In this document: positions 62,921-64,000 of the stretch, piece by piece
How positions within the stretch are numbered: the stretch's first letter is position 1
Layout: each line of letters opens with the position of its first letter
Assembly (NCBI GenBank): GCA_963575745.1
Contig: CAUYUJ010000291.1
Span: 1-64,000, forward strand
DNA length: 64,000 nucleotides
Reading direction: 5' to 3'
Source: Prorocentrum cordatum
Taxonomy: Eukaryota
Translations under genes and position numbers: made by a program
The notes under the pieces: generated by a model
The model's input: the letters and a program-made list of their open reading frames with translations, nothing else
Told to the model about the DNA's origin: nothing
The model's database searches: none

Positions 62921-63424
62921 AGTATACGATTCCTGGCGTTTCTGGTCGGGTACCGGCGCGGCTTTTCACGCCTTTCGCGTCATCGGCCGCGCACGCTATC
63001 TACATCAAGTCAATGGTTTGATATGGGACGCAGATGAGGTTTCAGTGGCCGATGCTGTCATCATGTCGAATGAGAGTTTCAGAATGGGTGGACTTGTTGT
63101 CGGAAGCAAATCGTTTTTTGTTGGTTACCTTTCGCAGCGGAGCCGTCATATCATAAACAAGAGGAAGGACGGGACTGCCGTGCAAACATTGCGGTAAGAC
63201 CCCCTCTTTTGGTCATCCTCTTGCCGAGTGTCCGCGACACCGAGGCCTTCGTGAACGACCTGCGACTAAGTGTTCCCTTCCCTTGGGCTCTGGACTTCCA
63301 TCCTTCGCGTGACCTTGAAAACGGGTTGGGTGACCCACGACATGTCCTGGCTGGATCGCAGAGCGTGTTCCAGGGGGGGGGACCATAGCCACCCGAAAAC
63401 GATCAAATTGAAGAAAACTGATCA

Positions 63425-63710
63425 GGCCAGGGGGGTCACTGACAACGGCCAGGGGGTCACTGACAACGGCCAGGGGGGTCACTGACAACGGCCAGGGGGG
63501 TCACTGACAACGGCCAGGGGGGGTCACTGACAACGGCCAGGGGGCCCACTGACAACCACCGGGGGGATCATTGACAACGGCCGGGGGGGTCGCTGACAAC
63601 GGCCAGGGCGGTCACTAACAACGGCCAGGGGGGTTACTGACAAAGGCAGGGGGGGTCACTGACAACGGCCAGGGGGGTTCACTGACAACGGCCAGGGGTG
63701 GACTGACAAC
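63425..63710. repeat. ~21-bp tandem repeat GGCCAGGGGGTCACTGACAAC
   Basis: Direct reading, about 13 copies. Confidence 0.95.
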
Positions 63711-63901
63711 ACCGTCGGGCGGGCCTAGGGGGGTGGTGGTGAGCAGGAGGAGAAGGCCATGGAGGAGGAGGAGGAGGAGGAGGAGGAGGAGGAGGAGGAG
63801 GAGGAGGAGGAAAAGGAGGGGGGACGATGGGGAGTCAGAGGAGGGCCGTTGGAGGAGGCCTCCTAAACGGGGTCGGAGTATATGGGGTCGGAGGATCGTG
63901 C

Positions 63902-64000
63902 GCATCACCGATGCATCACCGATGCATCACCGATGCATCGGCGATGCATCGGCGATGCTTCGGCGATGCATCGGCGACGCATCGGCGATGCATCGGCGCC
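63902..64000. repeat. 11-bp GCATCACCGAT / GCATCGGCGAT repeats, partly self-complementary
   Basis: Direct reading; runs to the window end. Confidence 0.85.

Overview
Repeat-dominated, GC-rich eukaryotic DNA, almost certainly dinoflagellate: it contains spliced-leader relics (CCATTTTGGCTCAAG) and introns with GA and GT donors. Main contents: (1) An ~8.9-kb imperfect palindrome (~39795-48700) encoding two interlocked, oppositely oriented pogo-type DD37D transposase genes. Within each arm the N- and C-terminal halves point at each other, so a full ORF can only be spliced across the palindrome centre. (2) An intact full-length RTE-like LINE (15474-19839, minus strand, 15-bp TSD) with tandem spliced-leader relics at its 5' end and ORF1/ORF2 separated by one in-frame TAG plus a stem-loop. 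(3) A catechol-O-methyltransferase-like host gene whose three visible introns are three different TIR/TSD Introner-type elements. (4) Several non-autonomous Helitron2/Helentron-like elements whose cargo is the satellite DNA. (5) Decayed Copia-like, DIRS-like and LINE relics, MITEs and microsatellites. All calls were read by eye; no database search or alignment program was run.
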